A stretch of DNA of 64,000 nt. It comes from Octopus vulgaris. Its lineage: Eukaryota. The first letter of the stretch is position 1. Each line of letters opens with the position of its first letter. The stretch lies in the NCBI GenBank assembly GCA_951406725.2, contig OX597817.1, positions 69,254,001 through 69,318,000 on the forward strand. The letters run 5' to 3'. The translations under genes and the position numbers were made by a program. Shown here in pieces: positions 12,784 through 26,405 of this stretch. Under the pieces are notes generated by a model, which was given only the letters and a program-made list of their open reading frames with translations, was not told where the DNA came from and searched no databases.

Positions 12784-14430
12784 TCATCATCATCATCATT
12801 TAACATATATTTTCCATGCTGGCATGGGCCAGACAGTTTGATAGGAGCTGACCAGCTGAAGGGTTGTTCCGGCTTCATGTCCATTTTGACATGATTTTTA
12901 CACTACAGAATGTACTGGGTGCTGTTATGCAGCACTGGCATGGGTGATTTTTACATGGTACCAGCATCTATGAGTCCTCAAGTTTAGGTATGTTCAGCTG
13001 AAGAGGGTTGCAGAGGAAGAGCCTGTGTGCATGGGCAATCATACTTTTACTTAGCTTGACATGTATTTTCAAGCACAGAAAACTGCCATCACAAAAGGGA
13101 TGATGGTTTCCCCCATCATCCCTTCTGTGAGTTCCAACCTTTGTAGGCCCTTTCTCACCCCTTTGTCTCACATCTTCCTGGGTCTACCCCTTCCACATGT
13201 TCCCTCAACAATTAGAGATCAGCACTTCTTGATACAATTGTCTTCTTTCATATGCATTATATGGCCATATCAAGGCAATCTTCTCTCTTGCACACTACAT
13301 CTGATGCTACATATACTCAGTTTTTCTATCAAATCACTTACACTCTGTTGTATATGCACACTGACATTACCCATCCAGTGAAGCATACTGGCTTTATTTC
13401 TTTCAAGTCTTCACATATCCTCAGTAGTCACAGCCCATGTCTCACTGTCATGTAGCATAGCTGTTCATACACAGGCATCATACAATCTGCCTTTCACTGT
13501 GAGGGAGAGGCCCCTCATTACTTACAGAGGTAGTAGCTCTCTGAACTTCACTCAACCTATTCTTATTTTAGCAACTGTGCTTCCAGAACAACCACCCCAA
13601 CTACTATCTTGGTCACCTAAATAACAGAAACTGTCTACCACTTCTAGGGACACTCCCTGACATATGAAGGAGTCTGTTTTTTCTATATTCCTGATGTTTA
13701 ATGTACCTGCAATCTAACACATGCAAAGACTACTTTCTCTGTTAGTCATCCAGTGATACTGCTGCACCTCTTATGTGTCCAAAGCTTGCACTTATGGAGT
13801 TTCTCCTGACACCTTTTCTATGTATCAAGCAGGGACATCTCCCTGAAGGGATCTTGTGATTTGTTTGGTTTCCTACTGATCAATAATTTGTTCTTTGCTA
13901 AATTAACTCTAAGGCCTTTTGATTTGAGACCTTGCTTCCATACCTGAAATTTCTTCTCTAGTTTTGGTAGTGATTCAGCAATAAGAACAAGGTCATCAGC
14001 ATAGAGGAGCTCCCAAGGGCAGCTAGCCTAAAATTCTTCAGTTATAGCTTGGAGGAACATGACATATAAGAGGAGGTTAAGAACTGAACCCTGGTGAACT
14101 CCTACTTGTACACTAAACTCCTTGCTATACTCATTGGTAACTCTCACCTTACTAACAGCATCCCTGTACATGGTTTGCACAACTCTAACAGACCACTCAT
14201 TTATCATTAGCTTCTGCATTACTCACCAGATAAAGAAGTGGGGGACTCTGTCAAAGGCTTTCTCCATATCAACGAAAGCCAGAAACAGAAGTTTATTTTT
14301 GGCCAAGTATTTCTCCTGTAGTTGCCTCACCAGGAAGATAGTATTGATGGTGCTTCTCCCTTTCATAAATCCAAACAGCATCTCATTTATGCTAACTCTA
14401 TTCCTAATTAATTAAGCTATGGCCCTTTCT
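12784..14430 (-). mobile_element. 5'-truncated, decayed RTE-clade LINE (RT domain to 3' UTR)
   Basis: Minus strand encodes VGVHQGSVL (ORF 14028-14219), WELLYADDLVLI (~13982-14015) and GRPRK. It has stops and frameshifts and ends in the family R 3' UTR plus (GAT)n. Confidence 0.92.
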
Positions 14431-14992
14431 GCATCTTTCACATTTATGTGTGCATGCATGCATGTGAGCACGTGCACATATGTATGTGTGTATGTGTGCA
14501 TGCATGTTCTTGTGTTAATGTTTATCTCCACTACTCTGCTTGATAAACAGTATTGGTTTGTAAATCAGTGGTTTAGCAAAAGAGACCAATAGGATATGAA
14601 CCAGACTTTAAAAAATTAAGTACTGGGGCTGACTTGTTTGACTTAACAAACGTGCTCTAAATGTGTGTTGGATACTGCTACAGTTTCCATGGGACAAATT
14701 GATAATTAGGCAGCATAGAGCTGTCTCACATAGTAATTTATGAACAGTGAATTTATTGTGCTGTAATATATTGGATAATAATTGAAGATATATAAAAGAA
14801 AATAATTTGGGGTGTAGAAAGATAAAAGTTAAAAGAAAGTGTAATTAGGTAACAATTAAAAGAAATGTAATTTAAGGAAGTTATTACAATAGTAAAAGTA
14901 ATTGACAGGTTCAGTCTAATTATATGATGGAGAAATTTTGACCAATGATTATAGTAATAGAGGTTTCTCGTACATTAGGGTGAATATTGAAT

Positions 14993-15219
14993 TTAACCCT
15001 TGTGGTATCAACCTGCCTGAAATACCCCTAGTTCTATAATACAAACACCCTGTTTTAAAATTATTTTAATTTAAGCCTTCCATCAGAATTTCATGCTAAT
15101 TTATGCTCCAAGTGCCATCTTAATGAAGTTAGTTATTTTGCCAAATTCTTTATTATTTTCGAAATTAATTGAAATGAAGACTATGCATCTCAACAGAAAT
15201 ACAGTAACAAAAGAGTTAA
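14993..15219. mobile_element. Second piggyBac-type MITE family, decayed
   Basis: TTAACCCTT at the left end and AAGAGTTAA at the right end, with TTAA flanks. Confidence 0.5.
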
Positions 15220-17089
15220 GATAAAAGTTAGTGTAGGTATAATATCGTACCTGGTAAACTCATTTATGTAGATTCATTGTAGGTAATTATATCACAGTAA
15301 ATGCATACCCATTATTCCAGCACAATATGAGATGAGTAAATCCAATCCATCATTATGCCAAATACATTATTATTAAAGTTATCAAAATGCTTTTTTCACA
15401 GAGTAAATATATTGCTAAACATTATTTAAAAGTTTTTGTTCGCAGAGTAAAAGCTTTAAATTTCATTAAGAAATTCAAAGACAAAAAAATAAAGAAAAGA
15501 AAAAGAAAAATATGGAGATTAAATTTACACAATCAAAAACGGAAAAAAATAAAATCCAAGTTACTTTTAAAAATAGAATCTCAAAAAATGCAGTTGGAAG
15601 ATAGTGCTATTTTAAATTGAAGGAAGAATGAACAATTCTAAAAAGACAAATTATAAGCTATATCTCTTAAATTATCCAATATTTCAAGATTTTGATATTC
15701 ATTGACAATACCTTAAATTCTCTTAGCAATCTTTACATTTCTTTTTGTGATGTGGAATTTGTTATTTATTGCTACATTTCTTGGTTGTTCTTTCATCAAG
15801 ATTTCTGAAAACTTCTGGAACTGAGGGTGGTCATTTTTTTAAAAAATATTTTTTCCTTTTTAAAATGTTAATGAAATGTGATGTATTTACTTTGTGAATA
15901 AAAACTTTAAATACTGTTTAGTGATATTCTTACTCTGTATGTTAAAAACATACCGGAGACTTTACTGATGCTGAATTTGGCATAAAGAGAAATTTACCAA
16001 AACTATATTAGCTTATGGTATCAGTTGCAGGCAATGAAATTGCCAGGTGATGGAATCAGGGGCAATGAGTTTACAGCAATGTAATTAGCTGTAATGAATT
16101 TGCAGCAAAAGTTTTAATACACTGCTTAAATAAGCAATAGGAAATATGTTAGGCTCTAAAATAAGGTTGTTGTATGCAGTATGCAAAATATATTTTAACT
16201 AGTGGGACCTGTGGAAATTCCACTGAACAAAAAAGATTAAGAGAAGCTATTTAAGAAAGAAAGGATGACTTTTATTTTTATTTTGCTAAGTTATTTCACT
16301 TCCAGTCACAACAATATATTATATGATTTTAAAATATCCCTCTGCTAAGCACTTTATATTTCTCTCTTTCTCTCTACCTCTTCAACAAACCCTTCTCTCT
16401 CCCACTTTTCTCTCACCGTCTTTTTCTCTCACTCTTCATCTCTCCTTTCAACTAACCACGTGATGCATTTGGCCTTAGTCTATCCTTATATTGTTTCCTT
16501 CTTTCTTTTTCATTCACATTTCTCCCCTCTCTTTCTCTGTCTCTCTCATTTTTTCTCCACCTCTTACTCGTGCCACCTCAACCTCTCTAACTAATTAACG
16601 CATAATAGGCAAACAAACAAGCAGATTATTATATAGTCTTTCAAGGCTTACTTCTAATATAGAGGTTGATGGGGTTTTGTTTGAATAAAATTGAAATTAC
16701 AAGTACAAATAGATTTTCTGAACATCATCATTGTTTTAACATCCACTTTTCCATACTTACATAGAGCAAACAAAATTTGTTAGGGGTGGATTTTCTACAG
16801 CCAGATGCCCTTCCTGGTGCCAACATTCACCTGTTTCGAAGGTAATATTCCCCCAGGACCAGGTTTTCACAGAAGATTGGAAATGACAGACACTGTTTGC
16901 AAGATAGTGATATTAACAGCCATCAAATGAAGTCAAGGCAAGGAATTAGTAGCACACACAAACACACACACAACAAGCTTCTTTCAGTTTCCACTTACAT
17001 CACTTTGGTCAGCCGATAGCTATAGTAGAAGACACCTGCCCATAGTGATTACAAGATGAGTCTAGTGTACAGTGGTCAAATAAGTCAGG

Positions 17090-17298
17090 AGTGAGCTAGC
17101 AGAATCATTAGCATGCTGGTCAAAATGCTTAGCGGTATTTTGCCCGTCGCTATGTTCTGGGTTCAATTCTTGCCGAGGTCGACTTTGCTTTTCATCTTTT
17201 CGGGGTTGATAAATTAAGTATCAGTAAAACACTGGGGTCAATCTAATCGACTAAACCTCTCCCAACAAATTTCAGGCCTTGTGCCTATAGTAGAAAGG
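17090..17298 (+). mobile_element. tRNA-derived SINE with Nin/Deu-like domain (family B)
   Basis: GGTTCAATTCTTGCCGAGGTCGACTTTGCTTTTCATCTTTTCGGGGTTGATAAATTAAGTATCAG resembles the Nin/Deu central domain (GCCTTTCATCCTT.CG.GGTCGATAAA). Confidence 0.8.
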
Positions 17299-18363
17299 AG
17301 TGGGCAGACAGCAGGGATGTATATTCCAAGTGTATTTATAATGAATTTGCGAAAATGGCAAATTCATTGTAGATATTAACCTTATTCATTGATTTAATCA
17401 CAAATCACAATGCAAAACTTTTATGATATCTCTGCTTGAAATTTTGTGGCATTGGGTGTGGCAGCACATCGGACAGTTATATGAGTACAAAAAGCAACTA
17501 AAAAGGCTATATAGGTTATCTAATATAAAGTTTCAATTTATAAAGTGAAGCAAACAAATAGACTGAATATTTGGAATGTCTAAGTGATTTATATATTCTG
17601 TGTGGACACAGCGAGATATATTCAGAATAACAGTTAAGGAAATTACCAAGAGAATTTTAAGGTTCTGCATAGCACAAAGTTCACAAACCTATTTCTTGAC
17701 AGTCTAAGACTTGGTGAAGGAAGGTTTTTTGTGTCTATTTAAGGTTGTATTTTTACTTTGAAGTAATTCAAAAGATACTGGTTTATAATATCACCAACTT
17801 CAACTGAGCCCTTGGGCCCTATAGACATACATCGAAAGGTATGATCCAAATTCCTTTGATCACGGGCATGGGGAATGATATTAATTTTGAACAGATTTAT
17901 ATTTTCCCAGCATTGTACCAAACCAAGACACCTATTCATACTAAATACCTACCAACCTATACACACATTTTACAATGGTGATTCTATCAAATCAATTTGA
18001 CATTGTAACCAGTCGGAAAATGAAACTTCATTCAGCATTCAATATCTAACATAAGGAATGTATTTCACACAAACATTTTCTAAGATGATATTGAATCCGT
18101 TATTGCTGTTGAAGCAATTTGTTCCAATGAAGAACAATTTACTTACTTACACACACATATATACATATAATGCATATATGCATGCGTACATACATACCTA
18201 TTTAAAATTTTATTTTATGCAATGCAAATAGTATCTGATGTGGATGTCAATACACAGGGTACAATAGATACATATATTTATTGATTGTTGTGTACAACCA
18301 AGGGTGAAGGTCAGTACAGACTGTCAACTGATGATATTATACACACATACACACACACATACA

Positions 18364-18399
<36 letters not shown>

Positions 18400-18407
18400 T
18401 CTATATC

Positions 18408-18440
<33 letters not shown>

Positions 18441-18461
18441 AGGTGAAGACATGGCTATATG

Positions 18462-18600
18462 GTAAGAAGTTTGCTTCTGAACCACATGGTTCAAGCTTTA
18501 ATTCCATAGTGTGGCTTCTTGGGCAAGTGTCTTCTACTACAGCCTCAGGCCAATAAAACCTTGTGAGTGAATTTAAAAGATAGAAGCTGAAAGAAACTTG

Positions 18601-18647
<47 letters not shown>

Positions 18648-18830
18648 GTATGTATGTATCTATGTATGTGTGTCTTTGTATTTGTCTTCCATCACTGCTT
18701 CACAACTGGTGTTGGTTTGTTTGTGTCTCTATAACTTAATGGTTTGGTGAAAGAGTGAGATAAAATTAGTATCAGTCTTTAAAAAAATAAGTACTGGAGT
18801 TGATTTGTTTAACTAAACCCTTCAAGTAAA
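18462..18830 (+). mobile_element. CORE-like SINE (family A)
   Basis: TTGGGCAAGTGTCTTCTACTACAGCCTCAGG...CCTTGTGAGTGAATTT...AAGTACTGGAGTTGATTTG. Confidence 0.8.
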
Positions 18831-18988
18831 AAATAAAAGACATCATTGTATCAGCCACCGCACTATCAAATATCATTATATATCCTGGTCACAATACACT
18901 TCAAATTCTTTTGTGTCCATGACCTTTTCCTGTCTTGACCCAAATCGTTTAACCAAATTGTCTTCACATTGCTGTGAACGCCTTCTGA

Positions 18989-19189
18989 GTGATCTTTTCT
19001 GGGAGTAAAAGTCCAGCTTTTTCATACTCCCTCAACAACACCAATCTTAAAAAGTCTGCTTACGAATGTGACCTAGGTATTATTTCGGACAGTGATCTGT
19101 GTTGGACAAACCACATCTCCAAGATTGTCATGAAGGCTGAGGATGCTTTAGCATCACTCAGTAAGACCTTTGTCAGCTGCTCTCCAGCT
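18989..19189 (+). mobile_element. CR1/L2-like LINE ORF2 fragment (post-RT region)
   Basis: ECDLGIISDSDLCWTNHISKIVMKA...LSKTF matches the typical (E)xDLGVxxDSxLxWxxHIxKIVxKA motif. Confidence 0.8.
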
Positions 19190-19577
19190 ATCATCATCAT
19201 CATCATCATCGTTTAACATCCGTTTTCCATGCTAGCATGGGTTGGACGGTTCGACCGGGGTTTGGGAAGCCAGAAGGCTGCACCAGGCTCCAGTCTGATC
19301 TGGCAGTGTTTCTACAGCTGGATGCCCTTCCTAATGCCAACCACTCCATGAGTGTAGTGGATGCTTTTTACGTGCCACTGGCACAGGTGCCAGGCAAGGC
19401 TGGCAACAGCCACAATCAGTCAGTGCATTTTACATGCCACCGGCACGGAAGCCGGTCAAGGTGGCGCTGGCATTGGCCACAATCAGATGGTGCTTTTTAC
19501 GTGACACCAGCACAAGGATCACAACTACAATTTCCATTGATTTTTCATGTTGATGTACTTGACTCAATAGGTCTCCT
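19190..19577 (-). mobile_element. RTE-tail short retroposon (family R)
   Basis: (CAT)n followed by GTTTAACATCCGTTTTCCATGCTAGCATGGGTTGG...CTACAGCTGGATGCCCTTCCTAATGCCAACCAC. Confidence 0.9.
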
Positions 19578-20830
19578 CATAAACATATACACACACATAT
19601 ATGTGTGTGCATATATCTAGATTTTGTATAATAATTCTGGAACCCCTATGTATAATGTATACATATGTGTGTGTGTATACATATACATATATATACATAC
19701 ACACACATGTGCGTAAATTGGTAATAAAAAGGAATCCTAACCACGACTAAAATATAATTGTATGGGAATGAGTGCTAGATGGAAATCTAAGCAAACTCCC
19801 TCTCTGTTTATTTTCTATCTTTTGTTTATGTTTAGCAATAACAGAAGACGGACATGATTTAACTATAAATATTGCACAAGTTCAGAAGTTAAACTATGAT
19901 AGAAAGGAAGGAAACAATATGTAAAGTGCAAAGACCAAATAGATTAGTTCAATAGCTAATTGGTGTTAAGAGATGCTGACATCATTCTTTCATCATAGCA
20001 GTGATTTACACAAGATCAACAAATTTAGCACAAAATTGATAAACCCAAGTGGAGATGTGTGTTTTATAAACACATGCACACACACACATATATATAAATA
20101 TGTACGCATACATAAACACATATATGCATACATATGTGTGTGTGTGTGTATATACATGCATGAGTCATCTAAGAGACCATAAGTCAGGGAAAAGATGCAT
20201 TCGTATATCTGTCAGCAAAGTGGGTATATTATCTGAAAAGTATTAAATATCCATCCCTGCTGATCTTACCAATTGGTTTCGTGTAAAAGAAACAATGAAG
20301 TGTTAGGTAACAATCCAATTATATAACTTTACACTCATCAGAGTTAGTGGAGAAGGAAGGGAATATGGTGATTGATCCCTATCTTTGGATGTGGATTAAC
20401 ACAACTGGTCATTGGCTGCTGTTAAAAAGGTGGTGAAATGAAAAAGGGGCCAGTGAATATTTTCTTCTTTCTCTCCTCCTTCTTCCTTTCTTTCTCTTTT
20501 CCATTGACACTTCCTTGCAGTTACAAAAGCACACACACACATACACGCACTCTCTCTCACTTTCTCACCATTCCTCACCCTCTTGTACTATCTTATATCT
20601 CTCTCTACTCCTACACACTCAATAATACTATAAAAAGAGACAAAATTCCTGAAAAAGTTCAATCTGACGACTCCACTAGAGTGGACACAAGAACTAATAT
20701 ATGATTTATAAGAACATGTGACATGTTAATAAATATCTGTAAATATAAAACCATCAAGATTTCTGAGTACCTCATTTCTTCTAACATACATACATATATA
20801 TATATAGACAGACAGATAGATATAGATATA

Positions 20831-21533
20831 CAAGGGGTACCCAAAAGAAAGGCCTCTATCATTTGTTTTCCTCTCCTTTACCACATCTGCAAAATGTTTT
20901 CCTTTAAGGACTTTTTTAATTCAGGATAGCAAAAAAAAAAAAAAAGTCATAGGGTGCAAGATCAAATTCCAACTGTTCTTTCTGTTCACAACAGGCATTC
21001 AGTCATGACTGCTTTTGATCTTCCATAAGGAAGCAAAGCACCAATTTTGCTCCAACTATTCACTTGCAATTCCTTGCTCAAAATTCCTTGGCAAGAGCTC
21101 CAGGACACACCAATCATATCAAAACATTTGTCAAATGTTCAGCAACGGTCCTCCACAATCAGTTCATAAATTTTTGTGATGTTTTCATTCGTTGAGGCAT
21201 GAAAACCACTTGTAAACATGTTTTGCTCATGGCAGTGTCCTTGTAAGCAATTTCAAACATTACCACCATTTTGACTACCATTTGCCTCAGCAGAAAACAG
21301 AATTTCATGAAAGAATGCTGTTCCTTTGTTTCAGCCATTGGAAAAACTAACAAGCAGGGAAGAAGCACTGCAAAACAAAGATGCACTATGTGGCAGTATG
21401 ACTTTACTCAACAATGCCAGTCGGCATACTGATATCTAAGGGTTGCATCAAGTGATTTCTAGCAGCAGAAGCCGGAACTACAATAGGCTTGTCCCACAGA
21501 TAATGTTTCCAGTTACTTTTGGGTACCTCTTTG
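20831..21533 (-). mobile_element. Internally deleted mariner-like DNA transposon
   Basis: TIRs CAAGGGGTACCCAAAAG and (reverse complement) CAAAGAGGTACCCAAAAG, each flanked by TA. Minus ORF EQHSFMKFCFLLRQ...AYKDTAMSKT resembles a mariner transposase N-terminal HTH region. Confidence 0.85.
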
Positions 21534-21729
21534 TATGTGTGTGTATGTACATATATGTATGTGTGTGTATGTACATATATGTATGTGTAGTGTGTACACA
21601 CAAACACAGAATATATATATTATATACATGTGTGAATATATGTATGTGTATACATACCCACACACACATATTGATCAATCAGAATATACCAGTGAAATGC
21701 TTAAAAAATTCTGCCAGAGTTTGAAATGG

Positions 21730-23250
21730 ATTAGTCACATACACAGGAAGTACAAGAAGGTGTCATACCCAATGACTAGTGTAGTAGTATCTTTGTAAAC
21801 TGCTTAAGAGCAAAGGAATTGCACTAGAGTAAGAAAACTACAGAAAAATCAAATTGTTAGATCACATTATGGAAGTTACAGAACATGTTATTGCAAAACT
21901 GATTAAGAACAGGATTAGCCTAAATGATATGAAATGTAGTTTTGCACTGGGGAGAGGTTAAAGTAATGTGCAAAACTGATTAGAAACAGGATTAGCTTAG
22001 ACGAGATGCAATACAGCTTTGCACTAGGAAGAAGTTCAACTAATATCATAGTTCCAGTGAGAAAACTGCAGAAAACTTAGCAAGTTGATAAATTAAGCAT
22101 TTCTTGATCCAGAGAAGGTTTTTCATAGGGATATCACACTCTGTGATCTGGTGAACACTGAAGAGGTTAGGGTTTGATGAACAACTTGTGAGGGCTGTAC
22201 AAGTCATGCCCAGAGGTACAGTTTGCAAGATAGCAACAAGTTCAGCAATGAATTTAATATACAGGTGGGATGGGGGGGGGTCAACATGGTTTAGCGCTCA
22301 TTCTCCACCTGCTTATTTTAGTCCTCTCAGCTATAATAGAGGAGTTCAAGACCAAAGGCTCAGAAAAACTCATGTGTTACAGAATCTGCAAATGATTTGA
22401 ACAAGTAATTCCAGGCATAGAAGCAAAACCTGGAACTCTAAGATGTTATGGAAAACTTAGCAAAAAATACAGTAATTGTAAGTAGGATAGGTAAAAAAGG
22501 ACCCTGAAATCATCAGGGAAATAGCCATGTTCAATAAGTAGAAATGAAGTAGATAGAAAACTCATATGGTATGCCCTGTGTAAACAATGGATACATAAAG
22601 TTTGTAGTGAGATCATATGAAGTGAGACTAATGAAGAAAGCAAATTTCAGATGTGGTAGAAACACAGGAGAAATAATCTAAGAATGCATGTGCAGTATAC
22701 ATTCACAGATGACTGGATGGCATTCTAATAGGAGTTGACAGTTTCTGTTCTAGTTTCTAGGATGGGGTGTTCTGAAAGCATAGTAGCCTGAGTGAAAGTG
22801 GGAATCACCTTTGTTGACAATGACTGGCTTGTCCCTCAGAATGAAGGACAGATTGTATGATGCTTTTATACAAAATGCAATGCTGCGTGGCAACAAGATG
22901 TGAGTCATTAATGCAGAGGATTTTCAAAGATGAGGAAGAAGCAAGTATGCTTCACTCGACATGTAATGTTAATGTGTTTGAGGGAAAATTTGTGCATAAG
23001 AGGAATTAGATGAACTGGGCTGATATGGGCATATGATGTGTACTGATGATGACAAGTGCATAAAGAAATCCAAGGTACTCATAATAAATGGAACCTATGC
23101 AAGAGGGAGACTTTTGGAACAAAGCAGTAAAGACTTATCTCAGTATGTTGCATCTCATGTAGATGACAAAGAACTGTGTTGATTGGCAATATATGGGACT
23201 GGAGAAACCCTAACTATCTGAGCAAACAGGGTGAAAATATGTTAAAGAAG
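21730..23250 (+). mobile_element. Heavily decayed RTE-clade LINE
   Basis: EGVIPND.CSS, NYRKIKLLDHIMEV and FALGRSST remnants are homologous to the RTE copies at 12784-14430 and 47360-48460. Confidence 0.8.
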
Positions 23251-24155
23251 AGGGAATTGATGGAGGTTAGAATATATAACAAGGCTACATTCAGTTAATT
23301 TACTCATTTTGTACCTGGTAATTTTAGCCTTCACCTGCAATCCTTCTTGCCTGTTTGATGTCCTCTCATCTAATCACCTTTCTGTTATTCACCATAGAGA
23401 ACTTTGTATCAACTGTGAAATGAGAGAAGCTCGAAATCTATCCAAACATAACACCCACTTGCACCAACATCTAAATTTCTTTGCTCATTTTTCCCTTCCA
23501 CCACATTGCTTGAGTAATGAGGGATGACTGATACACCCTTTCTTCTAAGGCTGCACTGCTAACCAACACACCCTTTCCCTTGGGTTGCTCTTCTATTGAG
23601 ATCCATCACTTTATTACCAGCTAACATTAACCTCCTATGCTGCCTTCATTGACAAACATCACATGCACATGCACACATTCATGCTCTCTCCTCACCAATT
23701 CCACCTCAGTGGAATTGCATCAGATCCATTAAACCCCAACCTTCAATTCTCCTTCCTCATATATCCATCCTGCCTATTCATCATTTACCAGCTGACATCT
23801 TTTATATTGCTAGCCTCTGCTCCCTCCCTTTCCTTCTCAAGTTATTCATTATTGACATCCATCACACACTTACCATCAACAGTTTTTATGACTATCCATC
23901 ACTTGTGCCCTCCTATTACTCTGGCCATTAATGTCTCCTTCATTACATCCTACAACCACTGTCTTCCATTGCTTCTTCTAACGCTATCTATCTTTCCCTT
24001 TTCTTTCTCCTTTACCACATTCTCACACCAGTCCCTACTTATAGCCCACAACTAACAAACACACATACACACACATACTTTTCTATAGACACACACATTT
24101 TTAAATACACACACACACACACATATCCTGTCCTACAAGAATGGAATGGACATGC

Positions 24156-24381
24156 AGCGAGCTGGCAGTAACGTTAGCACGCCAGGCAAAATGCGTCGCC
24201 GTATTTCGTCTGCTGTTACGTTCCGAGTTCAAATTCCGTCGAGGTCGACTTTGCCTTTCATCCTTCCGGGGTCGATAAATTATGTACCAGTTACGCACTA
24301 GGGTCGATGTAATCAACTTAATCCCTTTGTCTGTCCTTGTTTGTCTCCTCTATGTTTAGCCCCTTGTGGGTAGTAAAGAAA
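24156..24381 (+). mobile_element. Young Nin/Deu-like SINE (family B)
   Basis: GAGTTCAAATTCCGTCGAGGTCGACTTTGCCTTTCATCCTTCCGGGGTCGATAAATTATGTACCAG, with many CpGs retained. Confidence 0.9.
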
Positions 24382-24655
24382 TACATATGCATCATGAAAA
24401 ACAAAAAAAAAAAACTCATGAAACAGAATATAACCTGTAGCACACTTAATCACAAACTTGTAGATTATAACTACAATAACACTAAAATGACACCACCATC
24501 TTCACAACCTGAAACCATAAACAAGTAAAATATAGAACATACTTCAGACAACCAATGTAATACACAGATTCCAATGTAAACAAGAAAGTTGCACACATCA
24601 TGACTCAAACTGTTACACTGGATATACAGTTTGAACACTTTCATGTTGGTTAACA

Positions 24656-25184
24656 ATTTAGCATTTATACTGGCCATATCTGACCAACCTATTCTATTTT
24701 ATTTTCAGACTGGTCACATGTGGCCTCTCATACAATATTATTCTAAAAATAAACAATCACATCATCAAAATCTCAGCTACAAGGTAATGCATGATTCATT
24801 CAAAAAGTAAAAGGGTAAAGACCCCCTTCGGTCATGAATGACCAGGGGATTATATCTAGAAAGTTCCCCTACAAAGCACAAGTCTGGGCAAAGTAATTTA
24901 TGGAAGACCAGCAGTCACCCATGCATACTAGTCTCCCCTCTTTATTTTATTCAAGAGAAAAGCAAATGCTGACCAAGTTTGGTACCAGTGATGCTGCAAC
25001 TCATTTCTACAGCTGAGTGAACTGGAGCAAGGTGAAATAAAGTGCCTTGCTCAAGAACACAACACAGCCCAGTCATCCATGAATCGAATTCCCTACCTCA
25101 TGATTGGGCGCCTGATGCTCTAACCACAGAGCCTGTGAACAAATAAGCATTACATTTGACAGAGAAATCTGAAAGCTAAAGAGT
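24656..25184. mobile_element. piggyBac-type MITE interrupted by a family C SINE (24808-25135, minus strand)
   Basis: MITE 5' part ends GATTCATTCAAAA and resumes TGTGAACAAATAAGCATTACATTTGACAG...GCTAAAGAGTTA after the SINE. Confidence 0.8.
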
Positions 25185-25419
25185 TACGCATGTGTTTGTA
25201 ATGAGGAACAATTGGAATTTGTTATAATTCAGAACACAAAATAAAAGTAGATGTGTTTGTGTGTGCCTAGACATCATGTAGTGGTCGTCATATAAATGAG
25301 GTTGTCCATTTTGTTTCTCTGTTTCCAGTCTTCCAGGGAAAATACATCTAACCATAGGAAAATATTGCTTTGCTTGTAAACAGATGAAGATTGGTGACAG
25401 GAAGAGCATCCAACTACCT

Positions 25420-25807
25420 TTTTATCTTTTGTTTCAGTCATTAAACTATAGCCATGCTGGGGAAGCACCTTGAATAAATTTTATTAGAATGTACTGATCC
25501 CAGTATTTACTTTTTAAAGCTGGTACTTATTCTATCAGCTCCTTTTGTTGAACTGCTAAGTTATGGGAATGTAAACACCCCAGCAACGATTGGTGAGGGA
25601 CAAACACAGATCTAAAAACTCACGCAAATAGCTGTACAGAGAGATTTATACGACAAACTTCTAGTTTCCATCACCGAATCCACTCACAAGACTTTGGTCG
25701 ACCTGAGGCTATAGTAGAAGACACTTGTCCAATGTGTCAGGTAGTGGAACTGAATCTTGAACCATGTGGTTTGGAAGCAAGCTTCCTACCACATAGCCAT
25801 GCCTGCA
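25420..25807 (-). mobile_element. CORE-like SINE (family A)
   Basis: Full reverse-complement match to the family A head, core and tail. Confidence 0.85.
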
Positions 25808-26274
25808 CATACAGCCACACCTGTGACTATGAAAATTCTGCTTCAATAAATTCTGTCTGATGCAATCAAGCATGGAAATATAGACACTAAATGAAGATAA
25901 TAATGATGATCATCATCATAATGACTGCAGAAAACATTTGTTGACAGATATGACAGCACAACCATCTTATATAGAATTCCAAAGAAAATGAGATTAACTC
26001 TGGAAGTTTTACTAATAACAAATACAAACCTAAAATCAACACAAGTAAACATCATGTAAATTAATAATGTAGTGGAGTAGGATTTAACTGTTGAATAATT
26101 TTTAAATTTAATGACTTTATCTGATAAAACAATATTCCCAGAATCCTTTGCAGCCTACCAAAAAGCATGTAAACAACAAACTGTTATTACCATCAGTTTG
26201 TTTCATAGATGGAACTGAAGGTTGTGAAATATTAAAGGGGTAATACATACATTGTAAATATACATATATATATT

Positions 26275-26394
26275 GCTTACGGCCACATCACGTTGAAAGC
26301 ACCAGTTCTCATCCGATCACTGAAGTTAAGCAATGTCGAGCCTAGTTAGTACTTAGATGGGTGACCGCTTGGGAAACCTAGGTGCTGTAAGCAT
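26275..26394 (+). rRNA. Full-length 5S rRNA copy, probably a retroposed pseudogene or SINE head
   Basis: 120 nt GCTTACGGCCAC...GGTGCTGTAAGCAT. Helix I GCTTACGGC pairs with GCTGTAAGC. Box A AGTTAAGCAATGTCG, TTAGTACTT and box C AGATGGGTGACCGC are present. No oligo-T terminator follows. Confidence 0.93.
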
Positions 26395-26405
26395 TCCATT
26401 ACTAT

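Noticed and set aside
17739-17939. Unique-looking minus-strand ORF of 66 aa
   Set aside because: No convincing splice-site pair or recognisable motif on either strand.
23390-23480. REARNLSKHNTHLHQHLN resembling a GIY-YIG C-terminus
   Set aside because: Too short and degenerate to support without a profile search.
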